NCBI GenBank assembly: GCA_040217195.1
Contig: JAVJNR010000002.1
Location: forward strand, 512,001-576,000
Source: Leptospiraceae bacterium
Lineage (GTDB): Bacteria; Spirochaetota; Leptospiria; Leptospirales; Leptonemataceae
Length of the DNA: 64,000 bases
Direction: 5' to 3'
Both the position numbers and the translations under genes were made by a program. Position 1 is the stretch's first letter. The number at the start of each line of letters is the position of its first letter. Below the pieces are notes generated by a model. It was not told the DNA's origin, did no database searches, and saw nothing but the letters and a program-made list of their open reading frames with translations. Shown one piece after another: positions 46,629 through 56,269 of the stretch.

Positions 46629-47765
46629 ATGCAATCAGTGACAACCAGTAAATTCCCGACGCTATTGGCCCGTGCAAGGGAAAAATTTCAGTTGTTCAGG
46701 GACGGGAAGCCTCAGATTCACAGCTGGATTCTATTAATTGGAATCGTGCTGGTTCTGTTCTTTAATTATCGGCTTGCTCCCTTTCCAATCTGGATTCGTT
46801 TTCCCGCCGCTTTAGTAACAGCCGTCCTTTTTTCCGGATTACTTCTAATTGTATTCGGCAAGTTAATCCTCAGATACCAGTCCGGCAAATCCTTAATACC
46901 GGAGATGCTGCTTGGCACCGTTTTTTGTGCCATCCTCATTCTGGACGGATGGGGGCTGACCCTGAGCGGCGCCGGCCTGACCTATCTCTTCTGGGTTGTA
47001 ATGTTTCTCATCCTGCTGCTGCTATTCCTTCGCCGCAGTCGACTTTACTTCTACCTCTTATTCTCCGGGCTTACTCTCTTTGTATTAGTTTTCTTTTCCT
47101 TTCGTATAATCGATCTGGAAAAGACAGGAATGCTGGCCGCTTACCAGTTCATCTGGAAAACGGCGGCTTCACGTTACCGATCGTATGACATCCAGACCGG
47201 CGAGGGCGGACTTCTGAGAGTGCAGACCCAGAACAGGACCGTGCTGCTGGTGCGAATACCGGAGAGCCTGCATCTTCATGGCTCAGAATCGCTACAAGAA
47301 ACCGATGGTCCAGGAATTCCCATTCTGGCTGTAAGTAGCGATGCGAAAAGCCTGGATCGAGTGCCCAGTGCCATACTTTATGAAATTCCTGCGAATCTGA
47401 ATCGGGAGGTGATGAGGAATCGAACGGAGCTAGTTCTGGGCAGCGTTAAGGATGAGCAGGTTCAGGAGCTCCGGAAGGAAAAGGAGCAAACACTATTTCC
47501 TCCGGATTTTCCGATCACAATGGAGGGTTCCTTCTGGACCTACTACGACCGATTTCAGGCCGATACTTTGAGAACCGGATTCTTTATCTTTGGCAAGTCC
47601 AGGTCAGCGCCACGAGACGGAGCGGATGGAAAAGAGTTCGTGGACCCCAGATTTTTACTCTGGATACGCGAGCCGGTGGAAGCAGGATTTCCTTTTCATC
47701 CGCGGACTCTGGAGTTGCTGCGAGGACTATCCCTGCCTGCGCTCAGTAACGAACCGGCAAACTGA
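46629..47765 (+). CDS. Hypothetical membrane protein
   Basis: About 5 N-terminal TM segments plus a soluble domain. Confidence 0.7.
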   Translation: MQSVTTSKFPTLLARAREKFQLFRDGKPQIHSWILLIGIVLVLFFNYRLAPFPIWIRFPAALVTAVLFSGLLLIVFGKLILRYQSGKSLIPEMLLGTVFCAILILDGWGLTLSGAGLTYLFWVVMFLILLLLFLRRSRLYFYLLFSGLTLFVLVFFSFRIIDLEKTGMLAAYQFIWKTAASRYRSYDIQTGEGGLLRVQTQNRTVLLVRIPESLHLHGSESLQETDGPGIPILAVSSDAKSLDRVPSAILYEIPANLNREVMRNRTELVLGSVKDEQVQELRKEKEQTLFPPDFPITMEGSFWTYYDRFQADTLRTGFFIFGKSRSAPRDGADGKEFVDPRFLLWIREPVEAGFPFHPRTLELLRGLSLPALSNEPAN

Positions 47766-48879
47766 GTAGACTTAGCGGAGATACAGGATAGCCATTTACC
47801 CAGATGGACAGATGCAGGTGCGCTGCCGTTACCATACCAGTGGCTCCCGCTCGAGCGATTAAGTCTCCAGCCTGGACCATAGTGCCTTCTTTCGCATCAA
47901 TTTTACTGAGATGCATATAACCGGACTTGATTCCATTCCCATGATCAATCAGCACGAAGCCGCCTTCAAAAAAGAGAGTTTGCGCCAGTACTACCTTTCC
48001 GGGAGCCATGGAATAAACAGGATGCCCTTCCCAGCCTCTTAAGTCCAGCCCCTTGTGAACATATCGTTTGGGCGGATGCTTGATTTTCTTTCCATCTTTG
48101 ATCTCGTACCGGTAGGTAACCCGGGTTACGTAAAAGGGAGATGTGATTTTGTGCAGGTCTCGCGGATGAGCAAGTTTATCTTTAATATGATTGGATTCTC
48201 TGGATGCGAAAGCTTTATTCTTGAGCTGGCGTTCTCTGCTGATTCTTTCTGCTACTCCAGGTTTTTCGTAGGTCTGCAGGTTTGAGTATTTACCGAGCTT
48301 GAGTTCTGAAGTATATACCGGAAATTTGGTAATCTCAGTTTTTAGTCGAATGGACTTGAATCTGGTTAGATCTCCGGTGGCAGACTTTCGCTTAAGCGGA
48401 TAGGTCCAGCCCAGCCATCCATTTTCTTTTTGATGAGGATAAATTGCGAATAGACCGCGCATTCCCCAGGGTCTTTCCACCAGGCCGACGTTTATACCAT
48501 TGTATTTCAGTCTGGTTAACCTGAGCTTCTCTCGCATTTCTTCGGTGATCTCTTCACCCGGGTCCAGCACTGGCAGAATTTCAGCGTACACCATGTTTCC
48601 GGTGGCAAATTTCTCGCTATAAAGGACTAGCTTGAATTCGCCTTCCTGATACACCCTCTTCTGCGCTTTGGCCGGGCGATATTCCGGAGGAAGTAGAACA
48701 CTGGTCTTTGCAGATGTCTTGATCCAGCTACGGGGATCCTTTTGACGGGCTTCGGCGCTTGCCGTCCAGTTGGTGAATAGACTCAGCAGGAGCAAAAACT
48801 TAGAAACCTTGAAAAGCCAGGAATTCCTTTCAGGGTGCACAATAGAGGAGGTAGATTTCATACATGGGTTCAGTTGCAT
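47743..48879 (-). CDS. M23 family metallopeptidase
   Basis: HKGLD, IDHGNG, YMHLS, HLH; start uncertain. Confidence 0.9.
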   Translation of the reverse strand: MQLNPCMKSTSSIVHPERNSWLFKVSKFLLLLSLFTNWTASAEARQKDPRSWIKTSAKTSVLLPPEYRPAKAQKRVYQEGEFKLVLYSEKFATGNMVYAEILPVLDPGEEITEEMREKLRLTRLKYNGINVGLVERPWGMRGLFAIYPHQKENGWLGWTYPLKRKSATGDLTRFKSIRLKTEITKFPVYTSELKLGKYSNLQTYEKPGVAERISRERQLKNKAFASRESNHIKDKLAHPRDLHKITSPFYVTRVTYRYEIKDGKKIKHPPKRYVHKGLDLRGWEGHPVYSMAPGKVVLAQTLFFEGGFVLIDHGNGIKSGYMHLSKIDAKEGTMVQAGDLIARAGATGMVTAAHLHLSIWVNGYPVSPLSLLSLPVRY

Positions 48880-48950
48880 AAGATAGGCGCTCGGGGAGTT
48901 GTTTAAGATTTCGACTGGTTTTGAGCCCCCTTCAAGTGCTTTTTGACTGA

Positions 48951-49541
48951 ATGCAGGCCATTATCTTTCAAGGATTCGAATGGAGCAATACCTGGTTTTT
49001 CCTGTCCGGACCCTGTGCTTTGCTTCTGCTCCTATGGTCCGTTCTAGACAAGAATAATAAGCGTAGATGGGGCGGTTCTATTGTTGCATCAGGACTGTTT
49101 CTGGTATTTGCACTGTCTGCCAGGCCTCTGGAATATGGAGAGCTCAAGTTCCATAGCTCACTGTCTGCCACGGATGTAGAAACTGCCTACAGGGAAAGCC
49201 TTGATCTCTCGCGCAACACAGGCAGGCCGGTACTGTACTATTTTCATGCTGATTGGTGTAGTAACTGCGAAGAGCTCATCCGCAGGCTTGAGAGAAAAGA
49301 TATACTCAGGCGTCTGGATTCATTCATTCTGGTTAGCATAGATGTAACGGAAGAAAGGGAATACGAAAAGGCCAGATCCATCTTCGGATTGAATGCAGTG
49401 CCCTCCCTGGCTTTTGCGGAATCCGGAGAACTACTGAATTTCATCCTGGCTGGAGTTTCCTTTCCGGAAAGCGCTCTGACAGGAGTTCTGGAGAAATTGA
49501 AAAAAACCCCGGATCCAATGGATCGAACGTCGCGCCTGTAA
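48951..49541 (+). CDS. Membrane-anchored thioredoxin-fold protein (DsbD C-terminal-like)
   Basis: Two TM segments, FHADWCSNC, AVP. Confidence 0.8.
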   Translation: MQAIIFQGFEWSNTWFFLSGPCALLLLLWSVLDKNNKRRWGGSIVASGLFLVFALSARPLEYGELKFHSSLSATDVETAYRESLDLSRNTGRPVLYYFHADWCSNCEELIRRLERKDILRRLDSFILVSIDVTEEREYEKARSIFGLNAVPSLAFAESGELLNFILAGVSFPESALTGVLEKLKKTPDPMDRTSRL

Positions 49542-49557
49542 CCTCAGGAAGTCCGTA

Positions 49558-50253
49558 ATGGAAAATAATATCAGATCCTTCTTTATTACAGCCACAGATA
49601 CCGATGCAGGTAAAACTATAGCTGCCGCTGCCCTGATGAAACAGTATCGCCGGGCTCATTACTGGAAACCAGTGCAGACCGGCCAGGACCGGGATCATGA
49701 TGTGGTGCTTCAATTTAGCGGCCGGGAGGCCTCCTACTTCCATTCCGGTATGACGTTTAACGAACCATTATCGCCCCATAGAGCAGCTGAGTTGGATGGA
49801 AAGCAGATTGAACTGCGGGATTTAGATCGCAAGTTTGAGCAGGTTCAAGAGCAGATGTATGCAAAGGCCCGGGAGATTTCCCGGGAGTCCTCGGGCGAAC
49901 CGGAACTACTATTTGTGGAGGGGGCCGGCGGATTTCTAGTTCCATTGAATCGGAAAAACCTGTGGCCGGACTGGTTGGCTGGCAAAGAGATTTCCATAAT
50001 TCTGGTTTGTCGCACGGGTCTGGGAACCATCAATCATTCATTGCTTTCCATTGAAGCGATTCGTAGCCGAAAACTGAATCTTGCCGGGCTGATTTTTTTT
50101 GGTACTGAGAATGTGGATAATCAAAAAACCATCGTAGACTTTGCAAATGTACCAGTGCTGGGTAATATATCCTTACCAGAAAAGGCGAATCAAGAAGAGG
50201 TCTTGATTGCATTGAATCAACCGGTGGATCAGAATGAATTCTTGATTCAGTAG
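49558..50253 (+). CDS. bioD: Dethiobiotin synthase
   Basis: TDTDAGKT, WKPVQTG, SPHRAA, VEGAGG, LGTINH. Confidence 0.95.
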   Translation: MENNIRSFFITATDTDAGKTIAAAALMKQYRRAHYWKPVQTGQDRDHDVVLQFSGREASYFHSGMTFNEPLSPHRAAELDGKQIELRDLDRKFEQVQEQMYAKAREISRESSGEPELLFVEGAGGFLVPLNRKNLWPDWLAGKEISIILVCRTGLGTINHSLLSIEAIRSRKLNLAGLIFFGTENVDNQKTIVDFANVPVLGNISLPEKANQEEVLIALNQPVDQNEFLIQ

Positions 50254-50302
50254 TCTGCGAAAACTGCAAAGATTTTCGGGGACCCAGGGCGTATCGCTTT
50301 TT

Positions 50303-51538
50303 TTATGAATCGCCGGCAGACTTACTTATAGTCAGAATCAAAAATCGCAGTAGCCACATCAAAACCGACAGGCAAAACAGGAATGAAGCGTATCCTAGAT
50401 GGTTTATGTAGCTGGTTGGAAGCAAGTGCGCACTCGCTCTTGTGGCTGCAGCCAGCACCAGAAGCAGTACAGGTATCCATAGCATCAAACTTCGATTCTC
50501 GAGGATCAAATCCCATTTTCCATGGGAAAGAATTACCCGGGTCATAACAGAGATGATTAGCAACGCCAGTCCTCCTACAAAGAACAGATGAACCCAGTGA
50601 ACCGATGCGCTACCGGTAATTACCCTCGAACCCAGCCCGATTAGAATCAGCCAGAAGGATAGCCACAGACCGGTAGAAATTGCGCGGCGAAACGAATTTC
50701 TGTATATGCGAAATCGAAGTACCAGCCAGTAAAACATGGCTGCAAAACAAAGGAAAGCTCCGGAGCGAACCAGAGACCCGGAGCGATCCTCTCCAAGGGA
50801 AAATCCGATTATCTCAATCAAAGCTCCGAGGGCCAGAAGTGCTAAAACTAGATAGGGTTCGGTCCCGTTTTCCTCCAGGAATCTACGCCAGGAATGCCGG
50901 TCCTCATGATCCTGGGCTTGAATGGTTACTGCGATTCGCGAACCGGCTCCAAGAACTATTAAGGAAATACTGTAGTAGAATAATAGCGAACGACCGGAAA
51001 GGATAAATGGCTCATGGGCATCTGATGTAAAGGAGAGATCCAGGTTCTGGAGGCAAAGTCCAACAATGATAGAAAGCCAGCCGAGTAGACCGGCTACGAG
51101 ACCCGTGGGCAAGAAAGCCCTCAAGTACGATGGTAGAACTGTACTGGAATCTCTCATCCGAATTCGCGCAAAACCGAGTGTAAGTATCATAGCCACCAGC
51201 GCGAAGAGGCAAACCAGCACTGGATATCCAGTTAAGAAGGATGCCATAGAAAACAGGTAGGTTGCGGTGACCCAACCAAGAAAGGTAAGCGAGGGCAACG
51301 GAGACCCTGTAAATCTGGGCAGGGCTGTAAGCAAGAATCCGGATACAGAAGGAAAAACAAATAATGCAAAGACTCCATATGCATGGAGAGAGGCAGGGTA
51401 AGGTGCGAAGCCCCAGGAAAGGCTATGAGAAAGACTTACAATCATCCATAGGCCTACCGTTAGCAATCCGCCAAGCCATGCCACCGGAAACAGAATTCTG
51501 TAGGGCTCGATTGTGTTTTTGAATGATGGTGCAGTCAT
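50303..51538 (-). CDS. nnrS: NnrS family membrane protein
   Basis: EPYRILFP, HAY, GFLLTALPRFTG, HLFFVGG, MTRVILSHG. Confidence 0.85.
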   Translation of the reverse strand: MTAPSFKNTIEPYRILFPVAWLGGLLTVGLWMIVSLSHSLSWGFAPYPASLHAYGVFALFVFPSVSGFLLTALPRFTGSPLPSLTFLGWVTATYLFSMASFLTGYPVLVCLFALVAMILTLGFARIRMRDSSTVLPSYLRAFLPTGLVAGLLGWLSIIVGLCLQNLDLSFTSDAHEPFILSGRSLLFYYSISLIVLGAGSRIAVTIQAQDHEDRHSWRRFLEENGTEPYLVLALLALGALIEIIGFSLGEDRSGSLVRSGAFLCFAAMFYWLVLRFRIYRNSFRRAISTGLWLSFWLILIGLGSRVITGSASVHWVHLFFVGGLALLIISVMTRVILSHGKWDLILENRSLMLWIPVLLLVLAAATRASAHLLPTSYINHLGYASFLFCLSVLMWLLRFLILTISKSAGDS

Positions 51539-51615
51539 TTCTTACTCTCTCTGGTTCCGGGCTGTTTTACCGTCGAATTTTTTTTCTCGCTGGCAGCAGG
51601 TTGCAGACTAACCGA

Positions 51616-51657
51616 AGTATATTGGACTTTTTTCTTTCAGGCCTTGATTCGGATCAA
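51616..51657 (-). promoter_or_regulatory. FNR/DNR/NnrR-type class II promoter of nnrS
   Basis: TTGAT-TCGG-ATCAA at 51644-51657 and minus-strand TATACT at 51621-51616, placing the box at -41.5. Confidence 0.8.
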
Positions 51658-51933
51658 AATTCCCGGAAAACATGAATGATTCCAGAGCGGTAGAAGGAGT
51701 CCGAATAATGCCGGGGGATGCATGTATTGCGAGTTTGGCGGAAACTGGATTCGCCGGTCACGGGCCCGGATACAGATAGAAATATGCACCATCCTGGCCG
51801 CTTTATTTCTTGCGACGGATGCGCTGAGATCTATCAAAGGACTATACTGGAACCTGTACCATAGCAATGGCAAGTTTTCGGTTTCTGGTTTGGAGCCGGA
51901 CAGAGTGCATTCCAATGCCGGGGGAGAAAGAAG

Positions 51934-52869
51934 ATGAAAGCAAAAGCAGTAATTTATGCAAATTCAGGGCGGTACCGGCAGGGCGGTACCAGACAGCCTG
52001 GTAAGAACAAACGTCTCATTTCGCTTCTGGCAGTTTTGTTTTCTCTATGGTATCTGGGAGGTAGTTGTTCCATTCTCCAGGCCCTGTTTGATCCCAATGG
52101 TCCGCAATTTCGAATCGCCGGCTTTTCCATTGAAGATATTTCTCTGGAAGGCATGGTGGTAAGGCTGGACGCAGAACTTGATAATCCTTACCCGGTGGGC
52201 TTGCCCGCAAGCAGGTTGAACCTGGACATCAACATAAACCAGAATCATCTAACAAAACTAAATACAGATCCAATCTCAGTGAAGGCTAATTCGGTGGCCC
52301 AATTTCCCATTCGGCTGAACCTGGAGTTTAGCAAGTTGAAAGAGCTGTTTCAAAATCTATCCAGTGTGGAACAGTATACAATGGGACTTCGCGGAACGGC
52401 GGATTTCGACGTGAAACTGGCAAATCTCCCTTCCCAGGTTAGTGTTCCTCTTAGCATGGAGCAGGCTGTACCTGCCTTCTTTCCTGATGTTTCTATTGAA
52501 AATTTCGATTTAAGCCTTTCCGATCTTCTTGGCGGATCTGATGCAGCCCTTGCCACCGCTTTTGATCTAAAGGTAAAGAATCAGGCCGCCGCAAAATTTC
52601 TGGTAAAGGGGCTGAATTACTCACTGGAGTTGAGCGGAAACTCTTTTCTTTCCGGCGAATCTGTGGAAGCGCGCAAAGAAGGGGAGATTTCCGTTGTCCG
52701 AGTGGATTCAAAGGTTCCCTTGATGGGAGCGGGACGAGCCTTCCTTTCTCTGTTTCGATCTGGTGGTTCAAGCTATAGAGTGAAAGGCAATTCGGATCTG
52801 GAATTTCCTGGCTCGGAACTGGCCAGCACAGTATTTGGATTCGATAAGCAGGGCAAGCTCGCCTGGTAG
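51934..52869 (+). CDS. Tandem LEA_2/WHy domain lipoprotein
   Basis: LGGS-C; LDNPYPVGL in domain 1; VKNQ...LNYSLELSG in domain 2. Confidence 0.75.
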   Translation: MKAKAVIYANSGRYRQGGTRQPGKNKRLISLLAVLFSLWYLGGSCSILQALFDPNGPQFRIAGFSIEDISLEGMVVRLDAELDNPYPVGLPASRLNLDININQNHLTKLNTDPISVKANSVAQFPIRLNLEFSKLKELFQNLSSVEQYTMGLRGTADFDVKLANLPSQVSVPLSMEQAVPAFFPDVSIENFDLSLSDLLGGSDAALATAFDLKVKNQAAAKFLVKGLNYSLELSGNSFLSGESVEARKEGEISVVRVDSKVPLMGAGRAFLSLFRSGGSSYRVKGNSDLEFPGSELASTVFGFDKQGKLAW

Positions 52870-52950
52870 AGTGCAAGTCAGACAGGGGATGCAATCGGAT
52901 AGGAGAGGAATTACACAATTAGATTTGATAGTTGCATTCCAGCCATGGAC

Positions 52951-53412
52951 TTAGTTAGCTCCGCTATTTACTGGCTGAAAGGTTACCGAGTAGCTTCCAT
53001 CACCGGAGGTTTCGTTTATAACGAATGTAATAGTTATAGATTCCGCCGATGGGTTATGAAGGGCAAACCGTTGTTCCTCACCTTTCAGGGAGGGCGGCTT
53101 CGCATAGGTAAGATTCAACTCCAGCTTATCGATGGTATCATTCAATTCAATGCTGCTGACTCCGGCTACGCTGGACATTCGATTATGATGGGCAGACATC
53201 CCATCTGATTCCGGGATTCTGCCGTAAAAATTAAAAGGTACCCTGAGATCCAGATAGGCTTCTTTTTGAATTACCCTTGCGAACTCTGCATCGGCGCCAT
53301 TTCGGATTTCCACTGAATGGGCTTTCCAGCGCTTTTGGAGTTCGGCTGGCTCTGGCTGGCAAAAAGATAGTGTCAGTATAATTAAAAAAAGTGAATATAT
53401 ACTACGTTCCAT
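52951..53412 (-). CDS. Hypothetical lipoprotein
   Basis: MERSIYSLFLIILTLSF-C signal. Confidence 0.65.
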   Translation of the reverse strand: MERSIYSLFLIILTLSFCQPEPAELQKRWKAHSVEIRNGADAEFARVIQKEAYLDLRVPFNFYGRIPESDGMSAHHNRMSSVAGVSSIELNDTIDKLELNLTYAKPPSLKGEEQRFALHNPSAESITITFVINETSGDGSYSVTFQPVNSGAN

Positions 53413-53541
53413 TGGATTCCCCCGGGGAATCATAGCATATGAAAACCACGGTTCAAGGAAAAATCGTTCGACGGTATTGATGGTAGATTGCCTGCATTCA
53501 GGTGCAATAACCTTGCTGGTTTCAGGCGAATGCTGCAATTT

Positions 53542-54972
53542 TTACGGATTCGATTCCCTTCTGTCTTCCGCAGAACCATGGTCCGGCGACACAGGGATAT
53601 AAAATCCATCGCCGTTGGCCATTCCTTCCAGATGACCTTCCCGATCAAATACGAAGTCATGAGTGAGCCAATTCTCACCACCCCGGAACACATGGGTAGT
53701 AAATGGATACAAATAGTATCCTCCGCCCCAGGAATTTCTGTAGCGAAGCCCATCGCCCGCTTCTACTATTTCAATAATCTTTCCCGTAAGTGGATTTCTG
53801 TACAGACCGGCCACACGATCCTTTACCCAGGGAGGAGCTGGATCACTCTGCCACTGGTATAGAGGCTCCCTGGCGCCCACAAAGGCCGTTGCCAGCCGGC
53901 CCAATTTCTTTTGCATCTCGGCCAGATACATTTCCAGAGGCGGAGTATATTCCGGCGGATTTCCCAGATAGACGATGGCCGCTCCGTACCGGGGGAACAT
54001 TTGAACCCAGGCAGCCACATAATCTGCACCACCTATATGGAAGAATGTAACCACTCCATCATCGTTCGTTTTGACTCTCCAGCCTCGTCCAGTATAGAAC
54101 TGATTTCTTGAAGCCGGTGCATGCAGTGGATTTTCCAGCATATCTAAAATGCTATCTGGCTGAATGATTTGCCGACCATCGATATGGCCTCCGGAAAGCC
54201 ACATACTTGCGTATCGAGCCAGATCATGGATGCTGGTTTTCAGTCCTCCGGCCCCTGTTTTGGGTCCCGTGGTATCCGTGAGGCCAGCCGGCTCAAGGAA
54301 ATGAATTCGCATTGCTTGCTCGATGGACAGCCCGGTTTTCTTTTCGATGATTTCTCCCAGCAGCATATAGCCATGATTGGAATATCGATAATGCTTTCCC
54401 GGAGGATAGATGGGCTTTACCAGCTTGAAGGAAAGCCGGTTGTATTTCACTGGTTCGTAGGTCTTGTAATAGCGAAGGTCCGGTAGTCCCGCTGTATGTG
54501 TTAATAGATGGTTCACCAGAATGGGGCGACGGCCCATCCTTTCCAGTGCCAGTCCCGGAAATATCTGTTCCACTGGTTCTTCGGGATTGAGTAAGCCCTT
54601 GTCTATCAGTATCTGGGCTGTGGTGGCCGTAAAAGTCTTGGTTACGGAGGCAACAGGATAAGTCTTATGTGGATCGGAATTTATGTAATGGGAAAATACA
54701 ATTGTATCATCGATTATTACGGCCACTGCAAATGATGTAAAGTATCCTCCGCGATGGAATCTCTCCATCCATTGAACAACATCTTCCTTATGTCTCTCAA
54801 TCTCAGGACCATCCGGAAGCCGCATATCCACCGGCTCATATATCTCATTTGCATCTTCTATGGCATCCTGGTAGGAGTTGCTACTGGAGCAGTGCAGGGA
54901 AAACGAAAGCATAAGAAGAAAAGCCATCGTCCAACTGGAAACTAAATGTATTTGAGTGCGAAACCGAAGCAT
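53542..54972 (-). CDS. Serine hydrolase, beta-lactamase class C / PBP-like lipoprotein
   Basis: SVTK, LLTHTAGL, YSN, HIG; SLH-C lipobox. Confidence 0.88.
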   Translation of the reverse strand: MLRFRTQIHLVSSWTMAFLLMLSFSLHCSSSNSYQDAIEDANEIYEPVDMRLPDGPEIERHKEDVVQWMERFHRGGYFTSFAVAVIIDDTIVFSHYINSDPHKTYPVASVTKTFTATTAQILIDKGLLNPEEPVEQIFPGLALERMGRRPILVNHLLTHTAGLPDLRYYKTYEPVKYNRLSFKLVKPIYPPGKHYRYSNHGYMLLGEIIEKKTGLSIEQAMRIHFLEPAGLTDTTGPKTGAGGLKTSIHDLARYASMWLSGGHIDGRQIIQPDSILDMLENPLHAPASRNQFYTGRGWRVKTNDDGVVTFFHIGGADYVAAWVQMFPRYGAAIVYLGNPPEYTPPLEMYLAEMQKKLGRLATAFVGAREPLYQWQSDPAPPWVKDRVAGLYRNPLTGKIIEIVEAGDGLRYRNSWGGGYYLYPFTTHVFRGGENWLTHDFVFDREGHLEGMANGDGFYIPVSPDHGSAEDRRESNP

Positions 54973-55045
54973 AGCCGATACCGTCGGTCACCGGACTCTG
55001 CACCCGACCGTTCTTTTCGTCCAGAACAAAAGGAAATTTCTAGAA

Positions 55046-56077
55046 TTAATCAGCTTTCGTAAGAGCAAGACGACCCATCTTCAGGATGTCTGCCCGGTAG
55101 CGAATGGTTTCGCGATCTTTGAAGTTCGGTGGATTGGCAATATGCACAAAGTAGGAGCTTGTTTCGGGCACAATGTAGATTTCTGCAGCGGCATTATACC
55201 AGGTTCCGGAATGATAGAACAGCTGCGCCTGGTTCGTCGGAGAATAAACATGCCAGCCCAGGCCATATTCGCTGGCGGATTTTCGATGTTGGAGATTGGC
55301 AAACATCCGAAATACCCTGTAGTAAGGTGAAGCCTCCCTTGCATTTTCAGACAGTAGAAATTCGCAGAATCGCGTAAGGTCCTCCAGCGTACTGACCATT
55401 CCGGCTGCTCCATTGCTGGCCGATGCACTGGTTTGTTTCATCTGAGCGGGCTCAAGGATCCAGTCTTGAATTAATGCAGTTAAGGGCTTATCACTGACTT
55501 TATAGGCCAGGAAAGCCAGTAAATGATAGTTGTAATTCGAATAGTTAAACTTTCCCACTTTTGATGGCACCGGAATGGGGTACTTCTTTCCGCCGATTTC
55601 GAAGGAATTATCCTTCCCCGGTGCTTCGTACTCAATTCCAGATGTATGACTTAGAAGCATTCTGGCCGTGATGGGGGCCAGTTCAGTGCGGCTTTTGGAC
55701 TGTTCCTTCCATTCTGGAATATACTCAATCACAGGTAGATCCAGGTCCAGCTTACCTGTTCTGGAGAGTCTCAGCAATACCATGGCCGTAAATGGCTTAT
55801 TGAGCGATGCGATGGAAATCCTCTGGTTTTTGGCCAGCCCTTTATGAATCCAGAGCAAAGGAGTACCCTGACGAAACAGAGCGGCCGCAGCCCCGGGCAG
55901 CTTCTCGTTTCCCGCTTTATTTTCAATGTAGAGTTCCATTCGGTCACGAATCTCTTCTACAGATAACCTATCCAGGTTCTGGGCCAGCTCTTCCACGGGC
56001 AAAGTGTTGTGGCAAAGAGGTATTAGAAGCAGGCTGAGCGTGCAAAGGGAAGCCTGAAGGCGTGGGGCAGATAGCAT
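55046..56077 (-). CDS. Serine hydrolase, beta-lactamase class C / PBP-like lipoprotein
   Basis: SLNK, LLSHTSGI, YSN, HSG; ATG 56077 with GGGAG RBS. Confidence 0.85.
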   Translation of the reverse strand: MLSAPRLQASLCTLSLLLIPLCHNTLPVEELAQNLDRLSVEEIRDRMELYIENKAGNEKLPGAAAALFRQGTPLLWIHKGLAKNQRISIASLNKPFTAMVLLRLSRTGKLDLDLPVIEYIPEWKEQSKSRTELAPITARMLLSHTSGIEYEAPGKDNSFEIGGKKYPIPVPSKVGKFNYSNYNYHLLAFLAYKVSDKPLTALIQDWILEPAQMKQTSASASNGAAGMVSTLEDLTRFCEFLLSENAREASPYYRVFRMFANLQHRKSASEYGLGWHVYSPTNQAQLFYHSGTWYNAAAEIYIVPETSSYFVHIANPPNFKDRETIRYRADILKMGRLALTKAD

Positions 56078-56269
56078 CGAATTCTCCCGAATGGATCCAG
56101 CACATGGCAATGGCTGCCAGAAACAGAGGAGGGACCCATCCGGGTACAAAATCGGACTTAAAGGTTCACCGCCGCACTTCTTTTTACCGGCCAAAACCTG
56201 TGGCTCGCATCGAATCTGGGAATTCTAAATTCGCTTGGGCCGAGCAATGTTTGGCACAGTTCGAGGAGC

